The notes beneath the pieces are model-generated. The model saw only the letters and a program-made list of their open reading frames with translations, was not told the origin of the DNA and did not search any database. The position numbers and the translations under genes are program-made. From NCBI GenBank assembly GCA_036725345.1, contig DAIMEJ010000009.1:66169-130168 (forward strand): DNA of 64,000 bases, given 5' to 3'. The DNA comes from Syntrophales bacterium. Lineage in GTDB: Bacteria > Desulfobacterota > Syntrophia > Syntrophales > UBA2192. Shown piece after piece: positions 17,371 to 25,869 of the stretch. Every line of letters starts with the position of its first letter. Positions within the stretch are counted from its first letter, which is position 1.

Positions 17371-18378
17371 ATGGCGGTAAAGGTTGCAATCAACGGGTTC
17401 GGTCGAACGGGCCGCTCAATCCTCAGGGCGTGTGCCGGGCGCGGGGATATCGAGGTTGTCGCGGTCAACTCCAGGGCCCATACTTCCATTCTGGCCCACC
17501 TTCTTAAATACGACTCCGTGCACGGAAAGTTCGGCGCCGAGGTCTCGCACGGCGAAGACCATCTCGTCGTCGGCGGGAAAAAGGTGACCGTCACCAACGA
17601 GACGAAAAACATTGGCAGCCTTCCCTGGGGAGCCATGGGTGTGGACATCGTTTTGGAGTCGACGGGCGTATTCAGGAAACGGGACCAGATCGCCGGGCAC
17701 CTGACCGCCGGGGCCAAGAAGGTCATCCTCGCCGCGCCCGGGAAAGGGGTTGACGCGACCTTCGTCGTCGGCGTGAACGAAGAGAGCTACGATCCGCGGA
17801 AACACCACGTGGTGTCCAACGCCTCCTGCACCACCAACTGCCTCGCCCCGCTCGCGAAGGTGCTTCACGACCGTTTCGGCATCAAGAGGGGGTTCATGAC
17901 CACCTGCCACGCCTACACCATGGACCAGCGGCTTTTGGACGGCTCTCACAATGATCTCCGTCGGGCGCGCGCGGCGGCCCTCTCCATTGTTCCGACGACC
18001 ACCGGCGCGGCCAGGACGGTCGGGGAGGTCATCCCGGAGCTGAAGGGGAAACTCGACGGCGTGGCCCTTCGCGTCCCGACGCCGAATGTCTCCGTCGTCG
18101 ATCTCGTCGCGGAAGTTTCGAGAAGCGTCTCCACCGATGAAGTCAACGCCTCCGTCCGGGAGGCCGCGGCGGGCCGGTTCAAGGACATCATCTTTTACTG
18201 CGAGGAGGAACTCGTTTCAATCGACTTCACGAGCAGCCCTTATTCGACCATCTTCGACGCCCCGCTGACGAACGTGATCGACGGAAGCTTCATCAAGGTC
18301 TTCGCCTGGTACGACAACGAGATGGGTTTCGCAAGCCGGATGAGGGATCTGGCCGTCCACATGGGCAGTAAGCTCTAG
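17371..18378 (+). CDS. gap: Glyceraldehyde-3-phosphate dehydrogenase (type I)
   Basis: 335-aa ORF with NGFGRTGR NAD-binding N-terminus and active-site SNASCTTNCLAP. Confidence 0.97.
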   Translation: MAVKVAINGFGRTGRSILRACAGRGDIEVVAVNSRAHTSILAHLLKYDSVHGKFGAEVSHGEDHLVVGGKKVTVTNETKNIGSLPWGAMGVDIVLESTGVFRKRDQIAGHLTAGAKKVILAAPGKGVDATFVVGVNEESYDPRKHHVVSNASCTTNCLAPLAKVLHDRFGIKRGFMTTCHAYTMDQRLLDGSHNDLRRARAAALSIVPTTTGAARTVGEVIPELKGKLDGVALRVPTPNVSVVDLVAEVSRSVSTDEVNASVREAAAGRFKDIIFYCEEELVSIDFTSSPYSTIFDAPLTNVIDGSFIKVFAWYDNEMGFASRMRDLAVHMGSKL

Positions 18379-18387
18379 GAGACCCCC

Positions 18388-19137
18388 ATGCCCAGGCCCT
18401 TCATCGCCGGCAACTGGAAAATGCACAAGACCGTCAGCGAGGCCCTCGAATTCGTCGGCACCCTCGCCCGCCGATTCCCGCTGCCCCAGGAACGGGACAT
18501 CGCCATCGCCGCCCCCTATACGGCTCTACATTCCCTGGGCCAGGCCCTGCGGGGCACGACTATCGGGCTTGCGGCGCAGAACGTTCACTGGGAGGAAAAG
18601 GGGGCATTCACCGGCGAGGTGTCGGCGCGGATGCTTTGCGAGGCTGGCTGCCGGTACGTCATCGCGGGGCATTCGGAGCGGCGCCGGCTATTCGGGGAAA
18701 AAAACAGGGATATCAACCTGAAGGTCAGGGCAGCACTTGCAGCGGGGCTCAAGCCCATCCTCTGCGTGGGGGAGACCCTCGAGGAGCGCGGGGCTGAAGA
18801 GACCTTCCGTGTCGTGCGGAGGCAGTTAAAAGAGGGGTTGAATAATCTGACCCCCGATGATATAAGGCGCGTCATTGTCGCCTACGAGCCGGTCTGGGCC
18901 ATCGGCACCGGTAAAACGGCCGCGCCCGCGCAGGCGCAGGAGGTTCACCGATTCATCCGGCAGCTGCTCGCAGGCCTGGGCGGGGAGGACATCGCGGCGG
19001 CAACGCCGATTATATACGGAGGAAGCGTCACCCCCGGGAACATCAAAGATCTCATGGCCGAGACCGACATTGACGGTGTGCTTGTGGGCGGCGCGAGTCT
19101 CGACGTAGAGTCCTTTTCGAAGATCATTCAATTTTAG
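18388..19137 (+). CDS. tpiA: Triose-phosphate isomerase
   Basis: 249-aa ORF with NWKMH, GHSERR and AYEPVWAIGTG motifs. Confidence 0.97.
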   Translation: MPRPFIAGNWKMHKTVSEALEFVGTLARRFPLPQERDIAIAAPYTALHSLGQALRGTTIGLAAQNVHWEEKGAFTGEVSARMLCEAGCRYVIAGHSERRRLFGEKNRDINLKVRAALAAGLKPILCVGETLEERGAEETFRVVRRQLKEGLNNLTPDDIRRVIVAYEPVWAIGTGKTAAPAQAQEVHRFIRQLLAGLGGEDIAAATPIIYGGSVTPGNIKDLMAETDIDGVLVGGASLDVESFSKIIQF

Positions 19138-19149
19138 AGAGGTACCGAT

Positions 19150-19479
19150 TTGTACATCTTCATCAGCATTCTCCACGTGGTGGTCTGCGTGATGCTCATC
19201 CTCGTTGTCCTTCTCCAGAGGGGCAAGGGGGCCGACATGGGTGCCGCTTTCGGCGGCTCGAGTCAGACACTTTTCGGGAGTGCCGGCCCCGGCACATTCC
19301 TGGGCAAGATGAGCATTGCCATCGCCGTCGTTTTCATGCTCACCTCCCTGTGGCTCGCCTATTTTTCCACGCACAAGGGTTCAACGGTCATGGAAGGAGC
19401 ATCCAGGGCGCCCGCAACCGAGCAGGCACCGCAGCCGTCGCCCCCCGCGGCACCGCAAGCCCCGACCGATTCGAAGTAA
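19150..19479 (+). CDS. secG: Preprotein translocase subunit SecG
   Basis: 109-aa ORF (TTG start) with two TM segments and the LLQRGKGADMGAAFGG motif. tpiA-secG synteny. Confidence 0.92.
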   Translation: MYIFISILHVVVCVMLILVVLLQRGKGADMGAAFGGSSQTLFGSAGPGTFLGKMSIAIAVVFMLTSLWLAYFSTHKGSTVMEGASRAPATEQAPQPSPPAAPQAPTDSK

Positions 19480-19506
19480 CGTGACGGCACCCGTCCATCT
19501 GCGCTA

Positions 19507-19535
19507 TTGACAAAAAAATGGGGACGAGCTAAACT
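19507..19535 (+). promoter_or_regulatory. Candidate promoter of tRNA-Leu(GAG)
   Basis: TTGACA (19507-19512), 17 nt, TAAACT (19530-19535), about 30 nt upstream of the tRNA 5' end. Confidence 0.55.
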
Positions 19536-19566
19536 CCACGCACCATTCGTAAAAAAAGCTTTACGT

Positions 19567-19653
19567 GCCGAAGTGGTGGAATTTGGTAGACACGCTATCT
19601 TGAGGGGGTAGTGGGCACAACCCGTCCGGGTTCAAGTCCCGGCTTCGGCACCA
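19567..19653 (+). tRNA. tRNA-Leu (anticodon GAG)
   Basis: GCCGAAGTGGTGGAATTTGGTAGACACGCTATCTTGAGGGGGTAGTGGGCACAACCCGTCCGGGTTCAAGTCCCGGCTTCGGCACCA. Long variable arm, anticodon loop TTGAGGG. secG followed by tRNA-Leu(GAG) mirrors E. coli secG-leuU. Confidence 0.92.
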
Positions 19654-19666
19654 TAAAGAAAGCACC

Positions 19667-19706
19667 TTGGGGGCGTTGGACCTGTTCCAATTCCCCCATT
19701 TTTTTG
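19667..19706 (+). terminator. Possible rho-independent terminator after tRNA-Leu(GAG)
   Basis: ttggggg ... ccccca stem (6-7 bp, roughly 19-nt loop) followed by a T8 run (19699-19706). The loop is long, so confidence is moderate. Confidence 0.45.
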
Positions 19707-19782
19707 TTAAGGTGCCCACGGCAGGTGATCCGAATTTCGGGTCATCCCGATTGAAATCCCGGATCAGAAAAAGGAGGCTCAG

Positions 19783-20514
19783 ATGACCAGTCACGAACGC
19801 ATCATTGGCTCGCTTGTCCTGGCCCTGGGGATCGTGCTGGCCGGATGGCTCATCGGCAGGGGGCTCATGGCATGGCGAACAGCCGACCGTTATGTCACCG
19901 TGAAGGGGTTTTCCGAAAGGGAGGTCAAGGCCGACATTGCACTTTGGCCGATACGATTTGTATCCACGAACGACAACCTCGGGCGTGCCCAGGCGGACAT
20001 CAAGAAGAGCAAGGACATCATCCTCTCCTTCCTGGAGAAACACGGGATCGATCCGAAAACCGTTGAAATCCAGAAATTCGAGGTCACGGACATCCTGGCC
20101 AATCCCTACCGCGGCACCGGAACCGTTCAGAGCCGCTACATCATCTCACAGACCCTGATGGTCCGGGTCAAGGATCCCTCGCTCGTCATTGCCGCGAGCC
20201 AGGCCATCGGGGAGCTTGTCGACGCGGGTGTCATCCTCTCGGCGAACCCCGGCATGGAGAGCACGCCGTCGTACCTCTACACGGGCCTCAACACGCTGAA
20301 GCCGGAAATGATAGCCGAGGCCACGGCCAGCGCCCGCCTGGCGGCGGAGCAGTTCGCAAAGGACTCGGGCAGCAGGGTCGGCGGTATCCGAAAGGCAAGC
20401 CAGGGGGTCTTCGAGATCCTGCCGCGGGACCGAACACCGGGGATGATGGAGTGGACGCAGCCCCAGAAGACCGTTCGCGTCGTATCGACGGTCGAGTACT
20501 ACCTGCAGGATTAA
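19783..20514 (+). CDS. SIMPL (DUF541) domain protein with N-terminal membrane anchor
   Basis: 243-aa ORF with strong SD (AAAGGAGG) and an N-terminal TM segment (IIGSLVLALGIVLAGWLIG). Overall resemblance to the SIMPL/DUF541 family, recognised from memory. Confidence 0.65.
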   Translation: MTSHERIIGSLVLALGIVLAGWLIGRGLMAWRTADRYVTVKGFSEREVKADIALWPIRFVSTNDNLGRAQADIKKSKDIILSFLEKHGIDPKTVEIQKFEVTDILANPYRGTGTVQSRYIISQTLMVRVKDPSLVIAASQAIGELVDAGVILSANPGMESTPSYLYTGLNTLKPEMIAEATASARLAAEQFAKDSGSRVGGIRKASQGVFEILPRDRTPGMMEWTQPQKTVRVVSTVEYYLQD

Positions 20515-20565
20515 ACGGACTTCCGTCGGCCTGTCCAGCCGACGACGGCCAGGAGATAACTTCAT

Positions 20566-20601
20566 AAAAAAACCCCCGAATCAGAAGATTCGGGGGTTTT
20601 T
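20566..20601. terminator. Bidirectional rho-independent terminator
   Basis: aaaaaaacccccgaatc-agaa-gattcgggggttttt: perfect GC-rich stem flanked by an A-run and a T-run, between convergent genes ending at 20514 (+) and 20608 (-). Confidence 0.85.
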
Positions 20602-20607
20602 ATCTTT

Positions 20608-21702
20608 TCACCGGCCGGCCAGGCGGAATCGCCATATGAAAGCAGCGGCAAGCAGGGCGAGAAGGGGAAGCGGCCCCGTATAGAGGAGGATGAAGCAAAG
20701 GCCTAGGACCGGCAGAAGCGCCACGCGGGTCAGGGATTTCAAGACCTCGTGACGCTCGACGAGGCCTGCGAGGGAAGGCGCATATCGCTCGTAGACGGAC
20801 AGGAAGAGATGGCCTATCGGGTTTGACTTCATGTAACGATCGCGGAACTCCCGCAGAATGTCGAGATGAGGGTGCAGGGCCGACCCGTAGGCGGCTGTGG
20901 CGATGAAACAGCCGCCCCCGTCATCATCGGAATCCCCACCGCCCGAGACGGTGATGTCCGTCGGCACGCCGACGGTCGTCGCCTGCAGGTACTGCGTGTA
21001 GGGGAAAAACATGTAGCGGTTATCGTCGCCATCTCGTAAAAAGCCGACATTCAGTAAATCCGCAAGCGGGTGCTCGAAGCTCGAGAACTCCACCCCCTCC
21101 GCGAAAGCGTTATCTCCCGGCCAGTCTATCCCAAGCGTGGCCTCACAGTTGTAAGTCTGCGTGTAAGTCCTGCCGCCGGCGCCGCCCGAGTAATACCCGT
21201 TCGGAGTGATGTCATAACCGATCTCTTCAAAGAGGTACTCCACGAGGCCGACACAGGTGAACCCGTTTTCTTTGGGGCCCTTCTGGTGACGGAACTGTAT
21301 GTCATAATCGGCTCCCACCTGCTCCCGGGCCAGGAGGATTAGCTGATCAACCTGCTCCTCGGGCCACGCATCAAAACCGATGGGCACCTTCGCCCCGAGA
21401 TAGCGGCACCCGTCGTCGAGGTCGCTCTGGGGGATGAAATTCTCCGAGGCCGTCTCCTCCACCGTCGGCGTCACGGCGTGGATAATGCGGTTGTCGCCGA
21501 TGTAGAGTCCCACGTGGCCGGATTTCATGTCCCGCAGGGCCAGGTCCAATACCGAGCAGGTAAGCTCGAGGACGTCGGTCCGCCCGTAGATCGTGTCGCC
21601 CTTGCTCGTGTGGTAGAGGATGGCTCCCCTTTGGAGGGCCGGGGCCTCGGCAGAGGCAAAAACGAAGGACAGGAGAATGAGGATGAAGACGGTCTTTTTC
21701 AT
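20608..21702 (-). CDS. Exported permuted papain-like (NlpC/P60-YiiX-like) protein with CFIATAAYGS-type C-terminal anchor module
   Basis: 364-aa ORF with signal peptide MKKTVFILILLSFVFASA. His-containing segment SGHVGLYIGDNRIIHAV precedes Cys segment NGFTCVGLVEYLFEE (permuted order). The C-terminus has GGCFIATAAYGS...LREFRDRYM plus hydrophobic helices. Confidence 0.6.
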   Translation of the reverse strand: MKKTVFILILLSFVFASAEAPALQRGAILYHTSKGDTIYGRTDVLELTCSVLDLALRDMKSGHVGLYIGDNRIIHAVTPTVEETASENFIPQSDLDDGCRYLGAKVPIGFDAWPEEQVDQLILLAREQVGADYDIQFRHQKGPKENGFTCVGLVEYLFEEIGYDITPNGYYSGGAGGRTYTQTYNCEATLGIDWPGDNAFAEGVEFSSFEHPLADLLNVGFLRDGDDNRYMFFPYTQYLQATTVGVPTDITVSGGGDSDDDGGGCFIATAAYGSALHPHLDILREFRDRYMKSNPIGHLFLSVYERYAPSLAGLVERHEVLKSLTRVALLPVLGLCFILLYTGPLPLLALLAAAFIWRFRLAGR

Positions 21703-22454
21703 CGGCCGGCCCCCCCTGCAGCCTTTCGAACCATCGGCGACGAGTCGCCGCCGGCGGCCCTGAGGGCCTCCCGCCCCTCCGGACTGATGGACGTGAATTT
21801 CGCGAGACAGAGGGCCGCGTTGTAACGAACCAGCGGATCCGTGTCGGACCTGAGCACTCGAACAAGGGCACCCTCCACGGAAGCACTCTCGTTTTGAGCA
21901 AGGGCCCGGACGATTTCCGCGCGGACCATGCGGTCCCCCTCCGCCTCGAGGCGGGAGAGGAGGAGATTCACGGCATCATCGTCCCCGATCATGCCCAGGG
22001 CCTGTGCGGCCTTGAAGCGGATCCGGTCGTCCCCGCCCGAGAGGGCCTCCGTGAGCAAGGGGAGGGACTCCACGGCCTTCATAGTCCCGAATGCGAGCAG
22101 GGTGGTGTAGCGCAGATTCTGCCCACTCTTCGGGCTTTTGTAGGTGGTTTCATAGGCGGAGAGGATCTCGGCGCGCGGCTCCCCGATACGCGCCAGGGCC
22201 ATGACCGCGCCGGCCCTCACCTTCCGTTGCTCGGCGGGATTTTTCAGAATCTGAAGCAGCGGCCCCGAGGCATTCGGGTCGCCGGACCTCCCCAGGGCCA
22301 TGACGGCCCGGGAGCGGTCTTCTACGCTCCGTGTGCGGTCCTGGGCCACGGCGAGATCGGAATCACCGCCCTGCCCGGCACCGGCAACCGGTGACAGGAC
22401 GACAGGGATGAATAAAGCAATGAACAGAGAGATGAATATCTTCCGAAAAATCAT
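21699..22454 (-). CDS. Exported HEAT-repeat (PBS-lyase HEAT-like) protein
   Basis: 251-aa ORF with strong SD (GGAGGAGG) and a signal-like N-terminus MIFRKIFISLFIALFIPVVLSPVAGA. Repeated ...VR..A..ALG.IGD..A...L units. Overlaps the downstream gene by 4 nt (ATGA). Confidence 0.7.
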   Translation of the reverse strand: MIFRKIFISLFIALFIPVVLSPVAGAGQGGDSDLAVAQDRTRSVEDRSRAVMALGRSGDPNASGPLLQILKNPAEQRKVRAGAVMALARIGEPRAEILSAYETTYKSPKSGQNLRYTTLLAFGTMKAVESLPLLTEALSGGDDRIRFKAAQALGMIGDDDAVNLLLSRLEAEGDRMVRAEIVRALAQNESASVEGALVRVLRSDTDPLVRYNAALCLAKFTSISPEGREALRAAGGDSSPMVRKAAGGAGR

Positions 22455-22779
22455 AAAGCCTCCTCCACGGGTGTTTGAAGAGCCCCGGCTCAGGGCGGGG
22501 TTGGAGCAGCAAAAAAGGTGTGAATTTTATATACGAACAGCCTGCCCGATGCAAAGCCATATTTACGCCCCCGTTGATGAAACAGGCCCCTTCGCGTTTC
22601 AAAGTCTCCTGGAGACCCCGGGATAGGCCGGGCCGTAAATGAAGGCCTCCTTCTTGCGCCATACAGTAAAAAATTATCAAAGTCTGACCCGGGATCATTG
22701 ACGAAGCCCCCGGAAGCGTATAGGATGCTCCATCGACAGGGGCGTGTTTATCCGGGCCGCTCGAGCATGGACAGGACAG

Positions 22780-23703
22780 ATGATCAGGGACTTCAGAACG
22801 CTCATGGAAGAGGCCGCTTCCCGCGGACCGAGGAAGGTCGCCGTCATTCTGCCCCACGAGACGGCGTCGGTCGAGGCGATCAATGAAGCGCAGGCCGAGG
22901 GTCTGGCCGAGGGTATCCTGATCGGGCAGTCGAGCCTCGTGGAGTCCCTGCTGAGGCAATTGAATATTCCCCTCAATCGTTTCGAGATACACAATGAAAA
23001 AGACGCCGATCGGGCTGCGGAATACGGCGTCCGACTGGCCGCCTTGGGTGGGGCTGACATTCTCCTGAAGGGAAGCATTTCGACCAACAAGCTTCTGGGG
23101 GCGGCCTTGCGCGGCCCGCAAAACCTCAGGACGGGGAACCTCCTGAGCGACGTTTTCATCTTCGAGGACAGCCGGGAGGGCAGACGGGCCATCACGCTGG
23201 CCTCCGACGGCGGTGTCAACGTCGCGCCGGGCCTGAAGGAGAAGATCGGCATCATAAAAAACGCCGTGGCGGTCGCTCACGCCCTGGGGATCGGGGTCCC
23301 GAAGGTGGCCATCCTTTCGGGCGTGGAAAAGGTTCAACCGGAAGTGCAGTCTACGGTGGATGCTCTTGCCCTGGCCAAAATATGCTCCTACGGGGAGATT
23401 CCCGACTGCATTGTGGACGGTCCTTTCGCGCTGGACAACGCCATTTCCCTGGAGGCCGCGCAGATCAAAAAAGTGGAATCGCCGGTGGCCGGCTCCGCCG
23501 ACATCCTCATCCTGCCGGACCTCGAAGCGGGCAACATCTTCGGAAAGGCGCTGGTCTACTACGGGGGGAAAGACCTCGCCCACGTCATCGTCGGCGCGAA
23601 AGTCCCCATCCTGATCAGCTCACGCTCCGATCCGCCCGCGGCGAGACTGGCCTCCATCGCCCTGGGTGTTCTGCTTTCATCGTCGGGGAGAGAGGCGGTA
23701 TGA
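22780..23703 (+). CDS. Phosphate acetyl/butyryl-transferase family protein
   Basis: ORF-track entry 22744..23703 trimmed to MIRDFRTLMEEAASRGPRKVAVILPHE (typical PTA_PTB N-terminus). 307 aa. Substrate (acetyl versus butyryl) cannot be told from sequence alone. Confidence 0.8.
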   Translation: MIRDFRTLMEEAASRGPRKVAVILPHETASVEAINEAQAEGLAEGILIGQSSLVESLLRQLNIPLNRFEIHNEKDADRAAEYGVRLAALGGADILLKGSISTNKLLGAALRGPQNLRTGNLLSDVFIFEDSREGRRAITLASDGGVNVAPGLKEKIGIIKNAVAVAHALGIGVPKVAILSGVEKVQPEVQSTVDALALAKICSYGEIPDCIVDGPFALDNAISLEAAQIKKVESPVAGSADILILPDLEAGNIFGKALVYYGGKDLAHVIVGAKVPILISSRSDPPAARLASIALGVLLSSSGREAV

Positions 23704-23728
23704 CGCAGTTACAAGGGGAGAACGGCTT

Positions 23729-24160
23729 ATGAAGATCACGCAAGTGTCGGTCTTTCTGGACAACCGCCCGGGGGTGCTCGCGGAACTGACGGAGTATCTC
23801 GGCGCGAAGGGCGTCAACATCCGCGCGCTGAGCGTTGCCGAGTCGAGGGATTTCGGCGTCATCCGGATGATCGTCCCCGACCCGTCCCGCGTTGCGGAAC
23901 TGCTGGGGAAGAAGGGGTACAACATCCGGAAAGTGGAGGTGCTCGCCGTGCGGGTGACCGACGAACCCGGGGGGCTCGGAAAGGCACTGCGAGTGCTCGC
24001 CGATGAGGTCCTGAACGTGGATTACCTCTACACGTTCCTGGACAAGCTGGGAGGCGAGGCCGTCGTGATCCTGCGGGTCGACAATCTCGACTTTGCGAAG
24101 GCCGTTCTGAAAAACAAAGGCTTCAGTCTGCTGTCCCAGGATGATTTTCAGCGGCTCTGA
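23729..24160 (+). CDS. Tandem ACT-domain protein
   Basis: ORF-track entry 23666..24160 trimmed to MKITQVSVFLDNRPGVLAEL... Two repeats of the ACT beta-alpha-beta pattern (FLDNRPGVLAEL / VTDEPGGLGKAL). 143 aa. Confidence 0.75.
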   Translation: MKITQVSVFLDNRPGVLAELTEYLGAKGVNIRALSVAESRDFGVIRMIVPDPSRVAELLGKKGYNIRKVEVLAVRVTDEPGGLGKALRVLADEVLNVDYLYTFLDKLGGEAVVILRVDNLDFAKAVLKNKGFSLLSQDDFQRL

Positions 24161-24163
24161 ATG

Positions 24164-24201
24164 AAAGCCCCCTTGACCGCCTGCGCGACCAAGGGGGCTT
24201 T
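24164..24201. terminator. Hairpin terminator between the ACT-protein gene and the tRNA genes
   Basis: aaagcccccttg-(14 nt)-caagggggcttt, a 12-bp perfect stem. It lies 3 nt after the stop at 24160 and 7 nt from the tRNA-Glu 3' end on the other strand. Confidence 0.65.
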
Positions 24202-24208
24202 GAATATC

Positions 24209-24283
24209 TGGTGGTCCCAAAGGGAATCGAACCCTTGTTTCCGGCGTGAGAGGCCAGCGTCCTAACCGCTAGACGATGGGACC
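24209..24283 (-). tRNA. tRNA-Glu (anticodon CTC)
   Basis: Minus-strand read GGTCCCATCGTCTAGCGGTTAGGACGCTGGCCTCTCACGCCGGAAACAAGGGTTCGATTCCCTTTGGGACCACCA. Anticodon loop CTCTCAC. Confidence 0.92.
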
Positions 24284-24284
24284 T

Positions 24285-24358
24285 TGGCTGGGGGACTAGG
24301 ATTCGAACCTAGGTAGCAGGATCCAGAGTCCTGAGTCCTACCGCTAGACGATCCCCCA
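24285..24358 (-). tRNA. tRNA-Gln (anticodon CTG)
   Basis: Minus-strand read TGGGGGATCGTCTAGCGGTAGGACTCAGGACTCTGGATCCTGCTACCTAGGTTCGAATCCTAGTCCCCCAGCCA. Anticodon loop CTCTGGA. Separated from tRNA-Glu by 1 nt. Confidence 0.92.
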
Positions 24359-24423
24359 GCAGCGTCCGAATTGAGAAGGCGCGAATTTAGACAATTCGCC
24401 ACTCAATGTCAACACGAAATTTC

Positions 24424-25869
24424 CTATTTCCCCCCCCGGCCGAGTACCTTCCGAATCCGCTCGAGAACCCTATCCTTCCCGAGGGTGATCATGACCTGAT
24501 CGATCCCGGGGCTTACCGCCTTCCCGGTGAGAGCCACGCGCAGAGGCTGGACAACGGCCTTGAGTTTCACGCCCCGTTCCTCGGCGATGGTCCGCAGGAG
24601 ACTCTCGATCCCTTCCTTCGTGAAGCTCTCGAGGGCCGGAAGTCTCTGTGACAGGACTTCGAGGTAACCCAGCCCTTCCGGGTTCAGATATTCGTTGCGC
24701 AGCTTATCGTCGCAGATGACATCGTCAGAGAAGTAGAAGGCGGCGGACTCGGCCATCTCGACCAGGGTCTTCGAGCGTGACTGGAGATCTGAAACGACGC
24801 TCCTGACAAAATCAGCCTTCGGCTCGCGGATCCCCATGTTCGCCAGGAAGGGGGCCACCTCCCGGGCGAGTCGGTCTGAGTCGCTCTGCCGGATGTAGTG
24901 CTGGTTGAGCCACAGGAGCTTTTCCGGGTTGAAGACGGCGGCCGCCTTCCCGACCGAATCCAGCGAAAAACGCTCGATGAGCTCCTGCACCGTGAAGATC
25001 TCCTGATCCCCGTAGGACCAGCCGAGTCTCACCAGGTAGTTCACGAGCGCCTCGGGCAGATATCCCATATCCTTGTAGGCCATGACGGAGGTAGCCCCGT
25101 GCCTCTTGCTGAGCCTCGTCTTGTCGGAGCCGAGAATCATGGGCACATGGCCGAAGGCGGGGATCGGATAACCGAGGGCCTCGTAGATGAGGATCTGCCT
25201 CGGCGTGTTGTTCAGGTGGTCGTCGCCCCGGATGACGTGGGTGATCTCCATGAGGGCGTCGTCCACGACGACGGCGAAATTGTAGGTCGGGTACCCGTCG
25301 CTTCGCTCGATCACAAGGTCGTCAAGCTCCTCGTTCGAGAACTGCACCGTCCCCTTGATGAGGTCCCTGACGATGGTCGCCCCGGCGTGGGGACAGCGGA
25401 AACGGACGACAGAGCCCGGCGATTTCTTGAGGTTCCGGTCCCGGCAGGTGCCATCGTACTTGGGCTTCTGACCCGTGGCGAGGGCCTTTTTGCGCTTTGC
25501 CTCCAGCAGGTCCTGGGGGCAGACGCAGTAATAGGCCTTCCCCTCCCCGACGAGTTTTTCCACAGCCTCTTTGTGGAGGTTCACCCGCTGGGCCTGAAAA
25601 TAGGGTCCTTCATCCCAGGTCAGCCCGAGCCAGGTCATCGCATCCAGAATGGCCCGTGTCGATTCCTCCGTCGAGCGAAGCTGATCCGTGTCTTCGATTC
25701 TCAGGATGAAGGCGCCGCCTTCGTGACGCGCAAAGAGCCAGTTGAAAAGCGCCGTTCTGGCCCCACCGATGTGGAGAAAACCGGTCGGCGATGGGGCAAA
25801 ACGCGTCCGGATACCTGCTTTTTGAGAACTTTTCATGAAGAAAACCGCCGCTTTTTTGTTGCCTTTCAT
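24424..25869 (-). CDS. gltX: Glutamyl-tRNA synthetase
   Basis: 481-aa ORF with class I motifs [14 protein letters not shown] (HIGH) and RLSKRHG (KMSKS). The start at 25869 is preferred because GGAGGG lies 7 nt upstream. Confidence 0.96.
   Translation of the reverse strand: MKGNKKAAVFFMKSSQKAGIRTRFAPSPTGFLHIGGARTALFNWLFARHEGGAFILRIEDTDQLRSTEESTRAILDAMTWLGLTWDEGPYFQAQRVNLHKEAVEKLVGEGKAYYCVCPQDLLEAKRKKALATGQKPKYDGTCRDRNLKKSPGSVVRFRCPHAGATIVRDLIKGTVQFSNEELDDLVIERSDGYPTYNFAVVVDDALMEITHVIRGDDHLNNTPRQILIYEALGYPIPAFGHVPMILGSDKTRLSKRHGATSVMAYKDMGYLPEALVNYLVRLGWSYGDQEIFTVQELIERFSLDSVGKAAAVFNPEKLLWLNQHYIRQSDSDRLAREVAPFLANMGIREPKADFVRSVVSDLQSRSKTLVEMAESAAFYFSDDVICDDKLRNEYLNPEGLGYLEVLSQRLPALESFTKEGIESLLRTIAEERGVKLKAVVQPLRVALTGKAVSPGIDQVMITLGKDRVLERIRKVLGRGGK

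Noticed and set aside
22363-23583. 406-aa minus-strand ORF opposite the phosphate acyltransferase gene. Likewise 53164..54384 (406 aa), 55094..56197 (367 aa), 52093..53001, 59106..59864, 59881..60585 and 30662..31903.
   Set aside because: All are antisense to genes with strong motif support (PTA_PTB, hpt, metH region, purU, pyrE, DUF3047, glyA). Their compositions are typical of GC-rich antisense frames.
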